Notes: generated from the sequence alone by a model not told the origin. Positions 20,809 through 31,226 are shown, counted from the first letter of the stretch. The stretch is DNA of 64,000 bases from an uncultured archaeon (GCA_964407715.1 CAYOWP010000003.1:15732-79731); one strand, 5' to 3'. Program-made: numbers and translations.

Positions 20809-21351
20809 CTATTGCTCTCCTATATAATCATTATATAAATTATTACAAATATATTTTTTGTCTTTATCTGGTAATATAGAACATTTATTTTGGTGTGTTG
20901 TGATAGAAAAATATAATACACAACCCAATATATATGACTCCTCTCCATATGCTTTAATATTTAAACATTCCGCAGGATCTTTTTTATTAAGAGCTTTAAG
21001 GGTATAATAATGGGCTATACATGCCTTTCTATAATCCTCTTTCTTTATCCTTTGGCATATATCTATGGTATTTTTATTCTCCATCTCACTATAGATTTCC
21101 TGGAGATAGCGTACCTCCTCTATCGGAGATGTGAAAGATACTTGCGATTCCTTTTTAATTTCATTATTTCTGAGCGTGTCGTTTATATCATTAACTATAT
21201 TATGAGATATAATCAAAGAAGTTCCAATAATACATCCAACCATAAAACATAGCACCACATAGAAGACAAATCTCTTTTGATCTTCTTTTTCCATAAATAG
21301 AATATATTTGTGACAATAGAATATATATTTTGATATCTTAACCTCTAACAT
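20809..21351 (-). CDS. Small membrane-anchored Cys-rich protein. The true start is possibly Met20 at 21294
   Basis: TM anchor FVFYVVLCFMVGCIIGTSLII followed by a Cys-containing ectodomain. A MITE TIR abuts the listed ORF start at 21353. Confidence 0.5.
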   Translation of the reverse strand: MLEVKISKYIFYCHKYILFMEKEDQKRFVFYVVLCFMVGCIIGTSLIISHNIVNDINDTLRNNEIKKESQVSFTSPIEEVRYLQEIYSEMENKNTIDICQRIKKEDYRKACIAHYYTLKALNKKDPAECLNIKAYGEESYILGCVLYFSITTHQNKCSILPDKDKKYICNNLYNDYIGEQ

Positions 21352-21352
21352 T

Positions 21353-21501
21353 GGAATTGTCCAATAATTTTTTAATGAGAATTTATTAACGAAAAAATTC
21401 GTTCTTACAATCGCATCAGCTCTACAAGGTTCGCTACTCTAAGCGCTTCTTTAAGAGGCTACCTTTCCGCTTAACAAATAGAGAATTATTGGACAATGCC
21501 T
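21353..21501. mobile_element. Family A MITE half-element (about 149 bp) with 8-bp TSD tctaacat
   Basis: TIRs ggaattgtccaataatt / aattattggacaatgcc; flanks ...ctctaacatt | element | tctaacatc... Confidence 0.75.
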
Positions 21502-21509
21502 CTAACATC

Positions 21510-23396
21510 TTAATAACATCTCAAAATCTTATTCCTTATAGGATGATCTGATAGCTTATCTTTCACTCCACAAGTAGTCTCAACTATTATGTCTTTTATC
21601 TCATTACATAGTATATTGCAAGGTATCCTAAAAATACCTATTCCTCCAGGATGTAAAACATATACCTTCGAGAGATTTGTATAGCATACCTTCTTATAAT
21701 CATTGCTATAGATGGTTATGTTCTTTATCCCTGCTCTTTCAGAAAGTATATTCCTTATCCTTACTTTATATCCCTCAGAAGATCCAGAGATATTCATAGA
21801 AGTGATTATTCCTCCATGAGAATCTGCTCTATATGTGATTGGAACTATACAAGGTACTATACCAAAGCATTTATTGTTAATATAACCTAAAATGTAAGAG
21901 GTTATATCTGCACTTGAGCTTTCATTAAAGAATCCCTCATGCTTCCATACCAATTGCTCACCAACATAGATTTTTGGATTTAAAGGATATGTTTTTGATA
22001 ATGCCAAAGGATAATAATCTACATTTCCTGATGCTATTGTATAAGGGGAATCGCATATCCCATCATGATTCGCATCATCGCAAGTTTCTGAGTAACCATT
22101 TCCTGAAGGCGTAGCATACACATTACCACCAATGAAAGGTCTCCCCACTATGTTTGGTCCAAGTTGTAGGGAGGTGTTCCAGTGGTTTGATGAAGAAGAA
22201 ATATAAATGTTGTTTGTATTATTAAGGAGGTTATTGTAAAAGAAATTGTTATCTGTTGAGTATAGATAAATCCCATATCGATTATATGATATAATTGAGT
22301 TTGTTAGGATATTTTGAGATGAATCAGACCAAAAGTAAATTCCTTTAATACCATTATTATTAGCGGAAATATTAGTGATGATATTATAAGATGAGTCTGA
22401 AAGAAAAGATATCCCAGTAAGATGATTATTATTAGCAGAGATATTAGTCATCTTGTTATAGGATGATTCCCACAGATAGAGTCCATACCAACGGTTATTA
22501 TTAGCAAAGATATTAGTAATTTTATTATAGGATGAATCCTCAACACGTATTCCATCTCGATTCCAGCGTGAATCTATATTTCTTAATGTTGAGTTATTTG
22601 TTCCAACAATTAAGATACCATTGTTGTTTAAGATATCTGATCCCTTTATGGTAATATTAGTAAAGTTGCTACAGTCAGCATTACATAAAATTAATTCAGA
22701 AAAGATTTTATTTGAGATATTTATAGGAGAATTATAATACATTATAGGTCTGTTTCCTGATCCTTTTGCATTGATTATTACACTAGAACACGAAGAAGGA
22801 TACTCAATCATAATATCCCACATTCTATTCTCCTGAGCGATAATATCAGTAAGAATATTATCTGAAGACCCAGAAAGCTCAATTCCATGCCAATCGTTAT
22901 TATTAACTGTAATATTAGTGAGAGTATTAGAAGATGATCCTGAGAGAACAATTCCATGCCAATCGTTATTATTGGCTGTAATATCTTCCAAGGTATTATA
23001 TGAAGAAGTGGAGAGGTAGATACCATACCAATCATTGTTTTTACTCACAACATTCTCTATCTTGCTATCATGAACTCCATTATCGAAGTAAATTCCATGA
23101 TAAAATTCTTGGATTTCACAGTTTCTTATGGAGATGTTGCTTAAGGAGCCGCTTGCATATACACCATAAGTCTCCTCTGTTTTGTTTCCATCAATCATAT
23201 GCCATTGACAATCCAAAATCACATTGGAGGTTGTGATGTTAAAACACGTACTACTAGAGTTCCAAATATCGGTTGTGAGATAATACACACCAGGAGAGGA
23301 AATGGTGGTGCAGGAGTTGAGAGAGGTGGCTGCATAGGAAAAAGGTAATGTGAAAAGTATGAGTAAAAGCATCGCGATGAACAATAGATATCTCAT
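21510..23396 (-). CDS. Secreted right-handed parallel beta-helix repeat protein (NosD/pectin-lyase fold)
   Basis: Signal peptide; tandem NNNDWHGI(V/E)LSGSS(S/D)NTLTNI repeats. Confidence 0.75.
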   Translation of the reverse strand: MRYLLFIAMLLLILFTLPFSYAATSLNSCTTISSPGVYYLTTDIWNSSSTCFNITTSNVILDCQWHMIDGNKTEETYGVYASGSLSNISIRNCEIQEFYHGIYFDNGVHDSKIENVVSKNNDWYGIYLSTSSYNTLEDITANNNDWHGIVLSGSSSNTLTNITVNNNDWHGIELSGSSDNILTDIIAQENRMWDIMIEYPSSCSSVIINAKGSGNRPIMYYNSPINISNKIFSELILCNADCSNFTNITIKGSDILNNNGILIVGTNNSTLRNIDSRWNRDGIRVEDSSYNKITNIFANNNRWYGLYLWESSYNKMTNISANNNHLTGISFLSDSSYNIITNISANNNGIKGIYFWSDSSQNILTNSIISYNRYGIYLYSTDNNFFYNNLLNNTNNIYISSSSNHWNTSLQLGPNIVGRPFIGGNVYATPSGNGYSETCDDANHDGICDSPYTIASGNVDYYPLALSKTYPLNPKIYVGEQLVWKHEGFFNESSSADITSYILGYINNKCFGIVPCIVPITYRADSHGGIITSMNISGSSEGYKVRIRNILSERAGIKNITIYSNDYKKVCYTNLSKVYVLHPGGIGIFRIPCNILCNEIKDIIVETTCGVKDKLSDHPIRNKILRCY

Positions 23397-23405
23397 GTTA
23401 TCACC

Positions 23406-23738
23406 TTAATAAGGTATGGGTGTTAAATCTATGGTGACTTCAACATTGCTATTGTTTAGGGTTAGATTGAAAGTACTTTCCTCATATGCTTTGTCATGGA
23501 GAAAAGTTTTGTTGATATAGCTCTCTAATTTGTCTACTACTCCATAAGTTACTTTTTGGATGGAGACTTTTACTTTATCGCAGTTAACAGGTAAGTCCTG
23601 TTTTTCTGCTGATTCTGAGATGCTCCTTATGAATGATTTGAACCACCCACTATATAGCGCAGCTATAGCAGTAACAAACACAACAAGAAGCACAGCTGAG
23701 ATGGTTATGGATACTGCTTTTTTTGTTTTAGTTCTCAT
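23406..23738 (-). CDS. Small N-terminally anchored protein with a possible class III (archaeal type IV pilin-like) signal peptide
   Basis: MRTKTKKA|VSITISAVLLVVFVTAIAALY fits the [KR][GA][AV][ST] + hydrophobic pattern. Confidence 0.4.
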   Translation of the reverse strand: MRTKTKKAVSITISAVLLVVFVTAIAALYSGWFKSFIRSISESAEKQDLPVNCDKVKVSIQKVTYGVVDKLESYINKTFLHDKAYEESTFNLTLNNSNVEVTIDLTPIPY

Positions 23739-23778
23739 AAAGAGTAATTATGTATCATAAAGGTTTATAAAGATTTTG

Positions 23779-25086
23779 TTATATCCTATATCTTGCGATA
23801 TTCCATAACAATCTAAGTGCTATATCATATGCGCTCTCTCTATATGAGAGATTATTTTTTTGTGCATAGAAACATACTTTCTTAGAGATATTTATCATAT
23901 GATTTTCAAGACGTTGGAGTGTTTTGTGTCTGCTCCACCTTTCCCATGATCTATTCTGAAGCCATTCATAATAACTAACCACAACACCACCGCCATTTGC
24001 TAAAATATCAGGGATTATTATTTTGTTCCTTTCCTTAAGTATGTTATCAGCGGTATAAGTTACTGGCCCATTTGCTATTTCCAATATCATCTCTGCCTTT
24101 ATGTTATCTGCGTTTCTTTTAGTTATCTGGTTTTCTGTTGCTGCCAATACAAGCACATCCACATTCATCTCAAGCAATTCCTCATTCTCTATGATTTTAT
24201 ATTCTTCATTATTATGTACAAGATTCAGTTGCTCTTCTGAGGAATAATCCTTTATATATTTTCCTCCCCTCTTATACTTATAGAGATTCTCTACATTTAT
24301 TCCCTTCTCGCTATATATTGCACCTGAGGAATCTGAGATCCCAACTATTTTATATCCGCTCTCCGATATATATCTCGAAAAATAATATCCTACATTACCA
24401 AAACCCTGAACTGCAATTTTGATTTTATCTTTTGGCTTATTGATATGTTTCTTAATAAAATACTCAAACACATATCCTGCTCCATATCCTGTTGCCTCCC
24501 TTCTTCCAGGTATACCATAAAGAGAAATTGGTTTCCCTGTCACAACCCCAGGCTCAAATTTGCCAGAGATTCTGGAGTATTCATCTACTATCCATGCCAT
24601 TACTTGCTCATCGGTATACATATCAGGGGCAGGAATATCTTTATCAATACCTATTTGATCAGCAATTGCACGTGTAAAGGATCTTGTTAAATTTTCCAAT
24701 TCCCATTTTTCAAGTTCTTTTACGTTAACTATTACACCCCCCTTTGCACCCCCAAAAGGAAGTTGATGAAGAGCATTTTTCCATGTCATTATGGCAGCAA
24801 GACCTATTATCTCATCAATATTTACATAAGGTGAAAACCTTATTCCTCCTTTTCCAGGGCCTAATAGATCACTATGCAAAACTCTATACCCTTTGAATAA
24901 TCTTATCTCATGGTTTCTCAATCTTACTGGAAAAGAGACCTCTGTAACCTTTTTTGGATTTCTAAGAAAATTTCTCTTTTGCTCATCAAATTTCGCTCTA
25001 TCAAATGTATCCTCTTGAAAGTTGGTTACGCTATACAACAAATTTTCCTCATTTATGATTTTCTCCATATCTCCCTTAAGTGTCAT
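23779..25086 (-). CDS. gdhA: Glutamate dehydrogenase (Glu/Leu/Phe/Val dehydrogenase family)
   Basis: GPGKGGIRF and FGGAKGG motifs; GFGNVG Rossmann motif. Confidence 0.9.
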   Translation of the reverse strand: MTLKGDMEKIINEENLLYSVTNFQEDTFDRAKFDEQKRNFLRNPKKVTEVSFPVRLRNHEIRLFKGYRVLHSDLLGPGKGGIRFSPYVNIDEIIGLAAIMTWKNALHQLPFGGAKGGVIVNVKELEKWELENLTRSFTRAIADQIGIDKDIPAPDMYTDEQVMAWIVDEYSRISGKFEPGVVTGKPISLYGIPGRREATGYGAGYVFEYFIKKHINKPKDKIKIAVQGFGNVGYYFSRYISESGYKIVGISDSSGAIYSEKGINVENLYKYKRGGKYIKDYSSEEQLNLVHNNEEYKIIENEELLEMNVDVLVLAATENQITKRNADNIKAEMILEIANGPVTYTADNILKERNKIIIPDILANGGGVVVSYYEWLQNRSWERWSRHKTLQRLENHMINISKKVCFYAQKNNLSYRESAYDIALRLLWNIARYRI

Positions 25087-25137
25087 ATAAGAATTTAAAA
25101 AGTTAGTTTTCTCAGCTTTTCTTACATCTCCTCATAG

Positions 25138-25491
25138 CTATAGCAATTTTAGATCTCCCGTGATTTCATCTATCTCTCTCTCATAATATGGGCCAATTCC
25201 AACCGCGGTATAATCTGGAGCTTTAAGTTGAGTCTTAGCAGCATCTTTTATTATACATGTCGGAAGTCCTCTTTTTCTTGCCAATTTATATACCTCAATA
25301 AGTTTTTCTTTGCTATTGACTTTAAGCACTATTTTCTCAGCACCTTGTGAGAGCCATCTCTCACGTATTTTCTTGCATGACTTTAAGAATGCACAAAGAG
25401 ATGCATGGGCAACTTGTGATGCTATTTTTCCTTTTCCCATCTTTAAATCCACTCTAACCACTATAACCTGTTTCAACAGCTCCTCTACCAT
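25138..25491 (-). CDS. pth2: Peptidyl-tRNA hydrolase, archaeal Pth2
   Basis: KQVIVVRVDLKMGKGKIASQVAHAS is the Pth2 signature. Confidence 0.85.
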   Translation of the reverse strand: MVEELLKQVIVVRVDLKMGKGKIASQVAHASLCAFLKSCKKIRERWLSQGAEKIVLKVNSKEKLIEVYKLARKRGLPTCIIKDAAKTQLKAPDYTAVGIGPYYEREIDEITGDLKLL

Positions 25492-25503
25492 ACCAATACT
25501 CCC

Positions 25504-27063
25504 CTAACCCAAAAAATCCTTAACAAAGAATTCTCTTGTATGCAAATCAATAATAGTAACCTTTCCGGGGTTTGCCTTATGCCCAACTCTATCCTGAAAT
25601 GTAGTTTGAGATTGCCATGTACTTGAAGATATTAATGTGACTCCTTTATAATTTGAAACATCATGGCTGTGAAGATCTCCAGAAGCAAATATATCAGGAA
25701 CAATATCTATCACATGCATATCTATTTTCTTAGGTGCTATCAATGTTGAACCATAAATAGGTGCAAGATGTCTCCTCTTAAGGAGCTCTCTTATAACTAC
25801 AGTTGGCTTATCCCTTGCTACTTTCCTTATCTCTGTAATAGCATCTATCATTGCATTGAAACTATATCCATGATATAGCAAAACCTTTACCTCTTTTTCA
25901 TCATCTTTCAATCCAATCAGGCATGGATTCGTTTCTAAATGAATATTCTTCATTTTTGCTGCCTCAGGAATCAATTTCTCTGTAAGAGGAGGTTGTGGTT
26001 CTGCTAACCTAACAGCATCATGATTTCCAGGGATGACTATTACCTGGATATGCTCAGGAATCTTTAGAAGAAAATCCTCAAATGCCTTATATTGATCATA
26101 AATATTGGTAATTTCAAGCTCATTTATTTGCTCTGGATAAATGCCTATTCCATCCACGTTATCCCCTGCAATAAATAAGAACTTTAAGCGGGAAGCCAAC
26201 TCATCGCCACTTTTTAACCATTTAAAGAATTTATTCATTATATCTTTAATAAAAAGTTTGCTGCCAAAATGAAGATCAGAGATGAATGCTGCAGTTAGAG
26301 GAACATCAAGCTTTGCTATATTATCAGAGGAAGGCATGGGTATGTCAGGATATAAAATATTGCTGATTATAAAATTACCCTTTGAATTTACCTTTCCCTT
26401 AAATGCTAATACATCATCATTAACAATATTTTCTGCCTCTTTTTTTATTTCTTCGCGAGGTATTGCAAGAATGCGATCAGTCTCATCCTCTATTATAAAT
26501 CTCAAGAATCCGCTACGAGAGAGAAGTTTTTCTCTAACGATTGCTATTACTGTCACTTCCCTATCCCTCATATTATTTCTTTTTAAATTCTCAATACTCA
26601 CAACATTCCTAACCCCATTCCTTTGCAAAAGTAATGACCTCAACTTCCTATATCTATCATTAAAGTACTCAATAAAGTTTTGTACTGTAATCTTGGACTC
26701 ATAATCTGTATTTAGATTCCATATCTTGTTAATCTCAACACTATAATTCTTTGCCTCATAATACATTGATGCCCTTATGATTTCTATTTTCTCCGCAATA
26801 TCTCTTTTTATGCTCTCCAATTCCTCTTCTATCATATCGCGGGTAATGATGGTATCGTGATATTTCCTTATAATAAAAATAAACTTATCTTTTTTTGACT
26901 CATGCATTAGCATGTATTCAACAGCATCTTTTGTAATAAGAAGATTTCTTTCGAGGGAAATCTCAATTATTTGATCTATGAAATCCTTATTTGTTTTATG
27001 ATGCTTATCATAATAAACATCATCAGAGTTCTGAATAATCTCAGAAGAAGAATTTGTATCCAT
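25504..27063 (-). CDS. polB: DNA polymerase II (PolD) small subunit DP1 (calcineurin-like phosphoesterase)
   Basis: 519 aa; VIPGNHD, GDxxD and GHxH phosphoesterase motifs; N-terminal helical region. Confidence 0.8.
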   Translation of the reverse strand: MDTNSSSEIIQNSDDVYYDKHHKTNKDFIDQIIEISLERNLLITKDAVEYMLMHESKKDKFIFIIRKYHDTIITRDMIEEELESIKRDIAEKIEIIRASMYYEAKNYSVEINKIWNLNTDYESKITVQNFIEYFNDRYRKLRSLLLQRNGVRNVVSIENLKRNNMRDREVTVIAIVREKLLSRSGFLRFIIEDETDRILAIPREEIKKEAENIVNDDVLAFKGKVNSKGNFIISNILYPDIPMPSSDNIAKLDVPLTAAFISDLHFGSKLFIKDIMNKFFKWLKSGDELASRLKFLFIAGDNVDGIGIYPEQINELEITNIYDQYKAFEDFLLKIPEHIQVIVIPGNHDAVRLAEPQPPLTEKLIPEAAKMKNIHLETNPCLIGLKDDEKEVKVLLYHGYSFNAMIDAITEIRKVARDKPTVVIRELLKRRHLAPIYGSTLIAPKKIDMHVIDIVPDIFASGDLHSHDVSNYKGVTLISSSTWQSQTTFQDRVGHKANPGKVTIIDLHTREFFVKDFLG

Positions 27064-27100
27064 AAAGTTATTTAAATTACAATAAATATTTTAAAAGATT

Positions 27101-27910
27101 ATGGCGACAAAAAGAGGAAGTATAAAAAGGAAAGCATTAATCTTTGAGATATATTTTTATATATTGGCATTTCTCTTTACAATTGCATTAGCAATGCTTT
27201 ATTATATCACGAGTCATCCACCAACAAGTGATCATCATGTCAGAATCATAAATGTATTTTCCAAGGAAATTGGGACATTTAAAATACCTACAAGCGAAAT
27301 AATAGGATATTCTTATCTAAAAATACCTGCTGTCATGAATAATAGCAAACCTGTATATGTTATAGCAAAAATGTTTATAACTCCAGGTAGCGGAAACATA
27401 TTTATTAATATAAAGGATACGCTATTAGGTGAGGATACGCAACATAGTATAAGAAAAGCTATAAGATATGCCTTACAGCATGAAAAAATACCTCAAAACA
27501 TATATGACTTTTATGTAAACATAGAAAGTGATGCATCTGTCTTAATAGGCCCAAGTGCTGGTGGGTCTTTTGGAGTATTATCTATAGCAGCATTAAGAAA
27601 TAAAATGCCAAGACAAGATGTCATGATGACAGGGACTTTAAGTAAAGATGGTAGAATAGGATTAAGCGGGAAAATATATGAAAAGGCATTAGCATCAAAG
27701 ATAAGTGGTGCAAAAATCTTCTTAGTGCCAAAAGGACTAAGCAAAATTGAGAAAGTTGATGTACAAGAAGAATGTGACTATTATGGAGGTAAAAGATATT
27801 GCGAGGTTATTGAGTATATAAACATAAAGGATTTGGCAAATGAGACAGGTATGGAGGTTCATGAAATAGAGACATTAGATGATGCACTGAAATATTTTGG
27901 AATAGAATAA
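27101..27910 (+). CDS. Membrane-anchored Lon-like (S16) proteolytic-domain protein without an AAA+ module
   Basis: N-terminal TM; IGPSAGGSFGVLSIAAL (catalytic Ser) and MMTGTLSKDGRIGLSGKIYEKALAS (catalytic Lys region). Confidence 0.6.
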   Translation: MATKRGSIKRKALIFEIYFYILAFLFTIALAMLYYITSHPPTSDHHVRIINVFSKEIGTFKIPTSEIIGYSYLKIPAVMNNSKPVYVIAKMFITPGSGNIFINIKDTLLGEDTQHSIRKAIRYALQHEKIPQNIYDFYVNIESDASVLIGPSAGGSFGVLSIAALRNKMPRQDVMMTGTLSKDGRIGLSGKIYEKALASKISGAKIFLVPKGLSKIEKVDVQEECDYYGGKRYCEVIEYINIKDLANETGMEVHEIETLDDALKYFGIE

Positions 27911-27956
27911 GATTTAAAATATCCAAAAATTATATTTAATTATTTAAGGTGATAAA

Positions 27957-28223
27957 ATGCCAGAATTTGAAGGATTAGATAGAGGATGGAAACAAGCAAA
28001 ACATAGGGGAAAATCCACAATGGTCACTTGTGGGTTTTGCGGAAGACAGTTCCCAAGATTCAAAGCATTCGTTATTTACAGGGGTTTTAGGATAACAGAC
28101 CCCGCTCTAAAGAGATTGCTTGATAAGAAAGTATTTACTGGAGGATTTGATAGAAAAATGTATGTATGCCCAAAATGCGCAAGATTCTATGGTGTGGTAC
28201 AAAAAGGTAAGAATAAACTGTAA
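27957..28223 (+). CDS. rps26e: Ribosomal protein eS26
   Basis: VTCGFCGRQFPRFKAFVIYRGFRITDPALKRLL...MYVCPKCA matches the eS26 pattern C..CGR.VP.DKA.......VDP.L.R.L...Y.C..CA. Confidence 0.65.
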   Translation: MPEFEGLDRGWKQAKHRGKSTMVTCGFCGRQFPRFKAFVIYRGFRITDPALKRLLDKKVFTGGFDRKMYVCPKCARFYGVVQKGKNKL

Positions 28224-28236
28224 ATGAGGGATAAAT

Positions 28237-28608
28237 ATGGGAATCATCACGTTATCTTATGCAACACAGGATATGAAAGTTAAACAAACAATTGAGGAAA
28301 TAGAAAATAAAAAAGTAAGAGTATCTATTTATAGGATTTATAGTGATGGAGATATACATGAATTATGTTTTGATACATATGCAGAAAGCTTAAAAGATTA
28401 CATGAAAAATCTAATCAAATATATTGAGTTTGAGATAAAGGAGATAGAAAAAATCAAAGAATTCTCAATAACTTATTCCTCTAAAGAGGGTAAGATTACA
28501 TATAAAGCACAAAAAGATATTCGTGATGCTCTACAACAAATATATACTAAAATCACATCTGAATCACCTAAGAAAATCTATAACCTAAAAAGATACTATA
28601 GAAGGTGA
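28237..28608 (+). CDS. Hypothetical protein (123 aa)
   Basis: ORF between rps26e and rfcS; no motif recognised. Confidence 0.45.
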   Translation: MGIITLSYATQDMKVKQTIEEIENKKVRVSIYRIYSDGDIHELCFDTYAESLKDYMKNLIKYIEFEIKEIEKIKEFSITYSSKEGKITYKAQKDIRDALQQIYTKITSESPKKIYNLKRYYRR

Positions 28609-28615
28609 TAATAGT

Positions 28616-29584
28616 ATGGTAAGCGTAAATGAGGTGTGGACAGAGAAATATAGACCAAAAACTTTAAGCGAAATTGTTGATCAAGAGCATGTAATCAAAA
28701 GGTTAAAAGCATTTGTTGAAGAAAAAAACATCCCAAATTTATTATTTGCTGGCCCTCCAGGAACTGGTAAAACCACAACAGCAATAGCATTGGCAAGGGA
28801 TCTTTATGGTGAAGAATGGAGACACAACTTCTTAGAGTTAAACGCATCTGATGAAAGAGGAATAGATGTTGTGAGAGGAAAAATAAAGGATTTTGCAAGA
28901 ACAAAACCAATGAATGTAGATTTTAAAATCATCTTTTTAGATGAGGCTGATGCTCTAACTCAGGATGCGCAACAGGCATTAAGGAGAACCATGGAAAAAT
29001 ACGCGAATATCACGCGATTTATACTCTCATGTAACTACTCCTCCAAAATAATCTCTCCTATTCAATCGCGATGTGCAGTATTTAGATTTAAACCTCTTCC
29101 AGATGATGCTGCGAAAGGATTGCTTAAAAGAATAGCGGAAAAGGAAGGTGTAGAGGTGAATGACAAAGCTCTTGATGCATTAATAAATCTTTCTGAGGGA
29201 GATTTAAGAAAAGCAATCAACATACTTCAATCACTTGCTATATTACATAAGGCAATTAATGAGGATGCTGTATATGAATTAGCAGCATCTTTGAAGCCAA
29301 AAGAGGTTGAGGAAATCATAACCTTGGCTATGAATGGCAAATTCACAGAGGCAAGGGAGAAACTATTGCGCCTTATGGCTTATAGAGGTATGTCAGGAAG
29401 TGATGTAATAAGAGACTTCCATGCAGCAGTAAGAAACTTGGACATAGATGAGAAGTTAAAGATAAAGCTTATAGATAAACTTGCAGAATATGAGTTCCGC
29501 ATATCTGAAGGTGCAAGTGAGGATGTGCAAATCGAAGCCATGCTTGCTCAATTCGCTTTAATTTCATCCCAGCAAAAGGAATGA
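28616..29584 (+). CDS. rfcS: Replication factor C small subunit
   Basis: FAGPPGTGKTT Walker A, DEAD Walker B, SRC motif; 322 aa, no intein. Confidence 0.9.
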   Translation: MVSVNEVWTEKYRPKTLSEIVDQEHVIKRLKAFVEEKNIPNLLFAGPPGTGKTTTAIALARDLYGEEWRHNFLELNASDERGIDVVRGKIKDFARTKPMNVDFKIIFLDEADALTQDAQQALRRTMEKYANITRFILSCNYSSKIISPIQSRCAVFRFKPLPDDAAKGLLKRIAEKEGVEVNDKALDALINLSEGDLRKAINILQSLAILHKAINEDAVYELAASLKPKEVEEIITLAMNGKFTEAREKLLRLMAYRGMSGSDVIRDFHAAVRNLDIDEKLKIKLIDKLAEYEFRISEGASEDVQIEAMLAQFALISSQQKE

Positions 29585-29590
29585 TGCCAA

Positions 29591-30133
29591 ATGTCAAAAA
29601 AGATAATCGCTGAGATAACTACAAATAGAAATTTCAAATTTGATAAAAATGCAATGTTCAATGCATTGATCAAAACAAGCCATATGAAAAGTAATGAATT
29701 GAAGATCTCGCTCGAGATAAACTCTCCAAAGTTTGATTCCCTATTAATTCATCTTATAGAGAAGCAACCCCGTGAGAAACTTGAAATTTTATATCCAGTC
29801 AATATAAATGAAAATAAAGGCGGCAATTTAAGATGGATCAAATTGAATTTTATATTTTTTGTTTTTAATCCTCAGACAAAGGTTAATATCACGCCTATAT
29901 TAAGTACATCACATAATAACCTAAACAAGGAAGTGCATATACGAAAGGTAATATTTTGTGAGTCATCAAAACATAATATTCATTTTTCTATTAAATATCT
30001 CCATGACTCAATAAGAGAAAACACAATTTTTGAAGAATCTTTTATAGATTTACGTGAGTATAAAGATGTAAAGGATATCATCTTCCAAGACTATCTTTCT
30101 TATGTGCATCCAAACTCTCAAAAACTTCCATAA
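29591..30133 (+). CDS. Hypothetical protein (180 aa)
   Basis: ORF directly after rfcS; no motif recognised. Confidence 0.45.
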   Translation: MSKKIIAEITTNRNFKFDKNAMFNALIKTSHMKSNELKISLEINSPKFDSLLIHLIEKQPREKLEILYPVNINENKGGNLRWIKLNFIFFVFNPQTKVNITPILSTSHNNLNKEVHIRKVIFCESSKHNIHFSIKYLHDSIRENTIFEESFIDLREYKDVKDIIFQDYLSYVHPNSQKLP

Positions 30134-31226
30134 GTTTGTTTAGATGGTTACGAGCTGAAAAAATCTTGCTCAACTTATCTAATTTATTTATTTTAGCTTT
30201 CCTTGTTCTGATTTCCTTTAAAATTCTTTGGAAATCTCTCTCATTTTCAAAAAAATATATATCTTTGCTATCAATAACCCTTGCTAATTCCTCAACACCT
30301 CTATTTCTATACGCTATAACAGGCACTCCCAATTTTAAAGATTCCAAAACAATAAAAGGTATGCCCTCATAATTACTTGGTAAAACTATACATAAAGCAT
30401 TAGCTACAAGATTCCTCAACTCTTTTTTGTTTTTCTTGCCTAAAAAAAGAATCCTATCACCATAAGGAGAAAGTATCTTCTCATAAACTTCTCTTAAATA
30501 CCCATCACCCACAATATATAACTTAATATCGCTATTCAATAAGCAGTTAAGATAACATTTAATCAATCTATCCAACCTTTTTAAAGAGATTATTCTTCCA
30601 ACAAAAAGCAGATATTTTTCCTTTTTTCTAGTTGTTATCCTGCTCTCTGGCAGATTGATGAAATTTTCTATAATCCTTATTTTATCAGGATTGATTTTGT
30701 AATATTCAATTAATGTGTTTTTGAGATGTTTTGCAGGTGTAATTATCATTAATGCCCTCTTAAATATCAGATATGATAGCAATCTCCTAATTATCCCATG
30801 CTTTGTGTGATATAGAAACTCCTCATAAGGCACAGAAAAAATCTTTTTATCATAATAACTCTCATATGCCCAATCTCCAACAAACCTTAGGAGATATCTT
30901 TTAAACGATAAAAAACATGATAATCCGCTAATACCAACATCCTGAGCATACACTATCTTATTCTTAGACATCTTTCTTATGAAATATGCCATAATCAATA
31001 TCCTTATAGGATAACTTATTTTTGTGCTATTAAAGTATACTTTCCTCAAGAGATAATACTTCTTTCCATTTTCTATTCTAACCTCAGATCTTGTTGTATT
31101 ATAGAAATTAAATGAAAGAACCTCGATATTTTGGAGGTGCTTTGTTAAAAAATCTACATAGTTGCTTACTCCTCCTATTTCTGGGAATACAATACCAGAC
31201 ACAACTAGAACATCTCTTTTTGTCAT
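30078..31226 (-). CDS. Glycosyltransferase family 4 (GT-B, retaining)
   Basis: EGIPFIVLESLKLGVPVIA E-x7-E motif. Confidence 0.8.
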   Translation of the reverse strand: MTKRDVLVVSGIVFPEIGGVSNYVDFLTKHLQNIEVLSFNFYNTTRSEVRIENGKKYYLLRKVYFNSTKISYPIRILIMAYFIRKMSKNKIVYAQDVGISGLSCFLSFKRYLLRFVGDWAYESYYDKKIFSVPYEEFLYHTKHGIIRRLLSYLIFKRALMIITPAKHLKNTLIEYYKINPDKIRIIENFINLPESRITTRKKEKYLLFVGRIISLKRLDRLIKCYLNCLLNSDIKLYIVGDGYLREVYEKILSPYGDRILFLGKKNKKELRNLVANALCIVLPSNYEGIPFIVLESLKLGVPVIAYRNRGVEELARVIDSKDIYFFENERDFQRILKEIRTRKAKINKLDKLSKIFSARNHLNKLMEVFESLDAHKKDSLGR

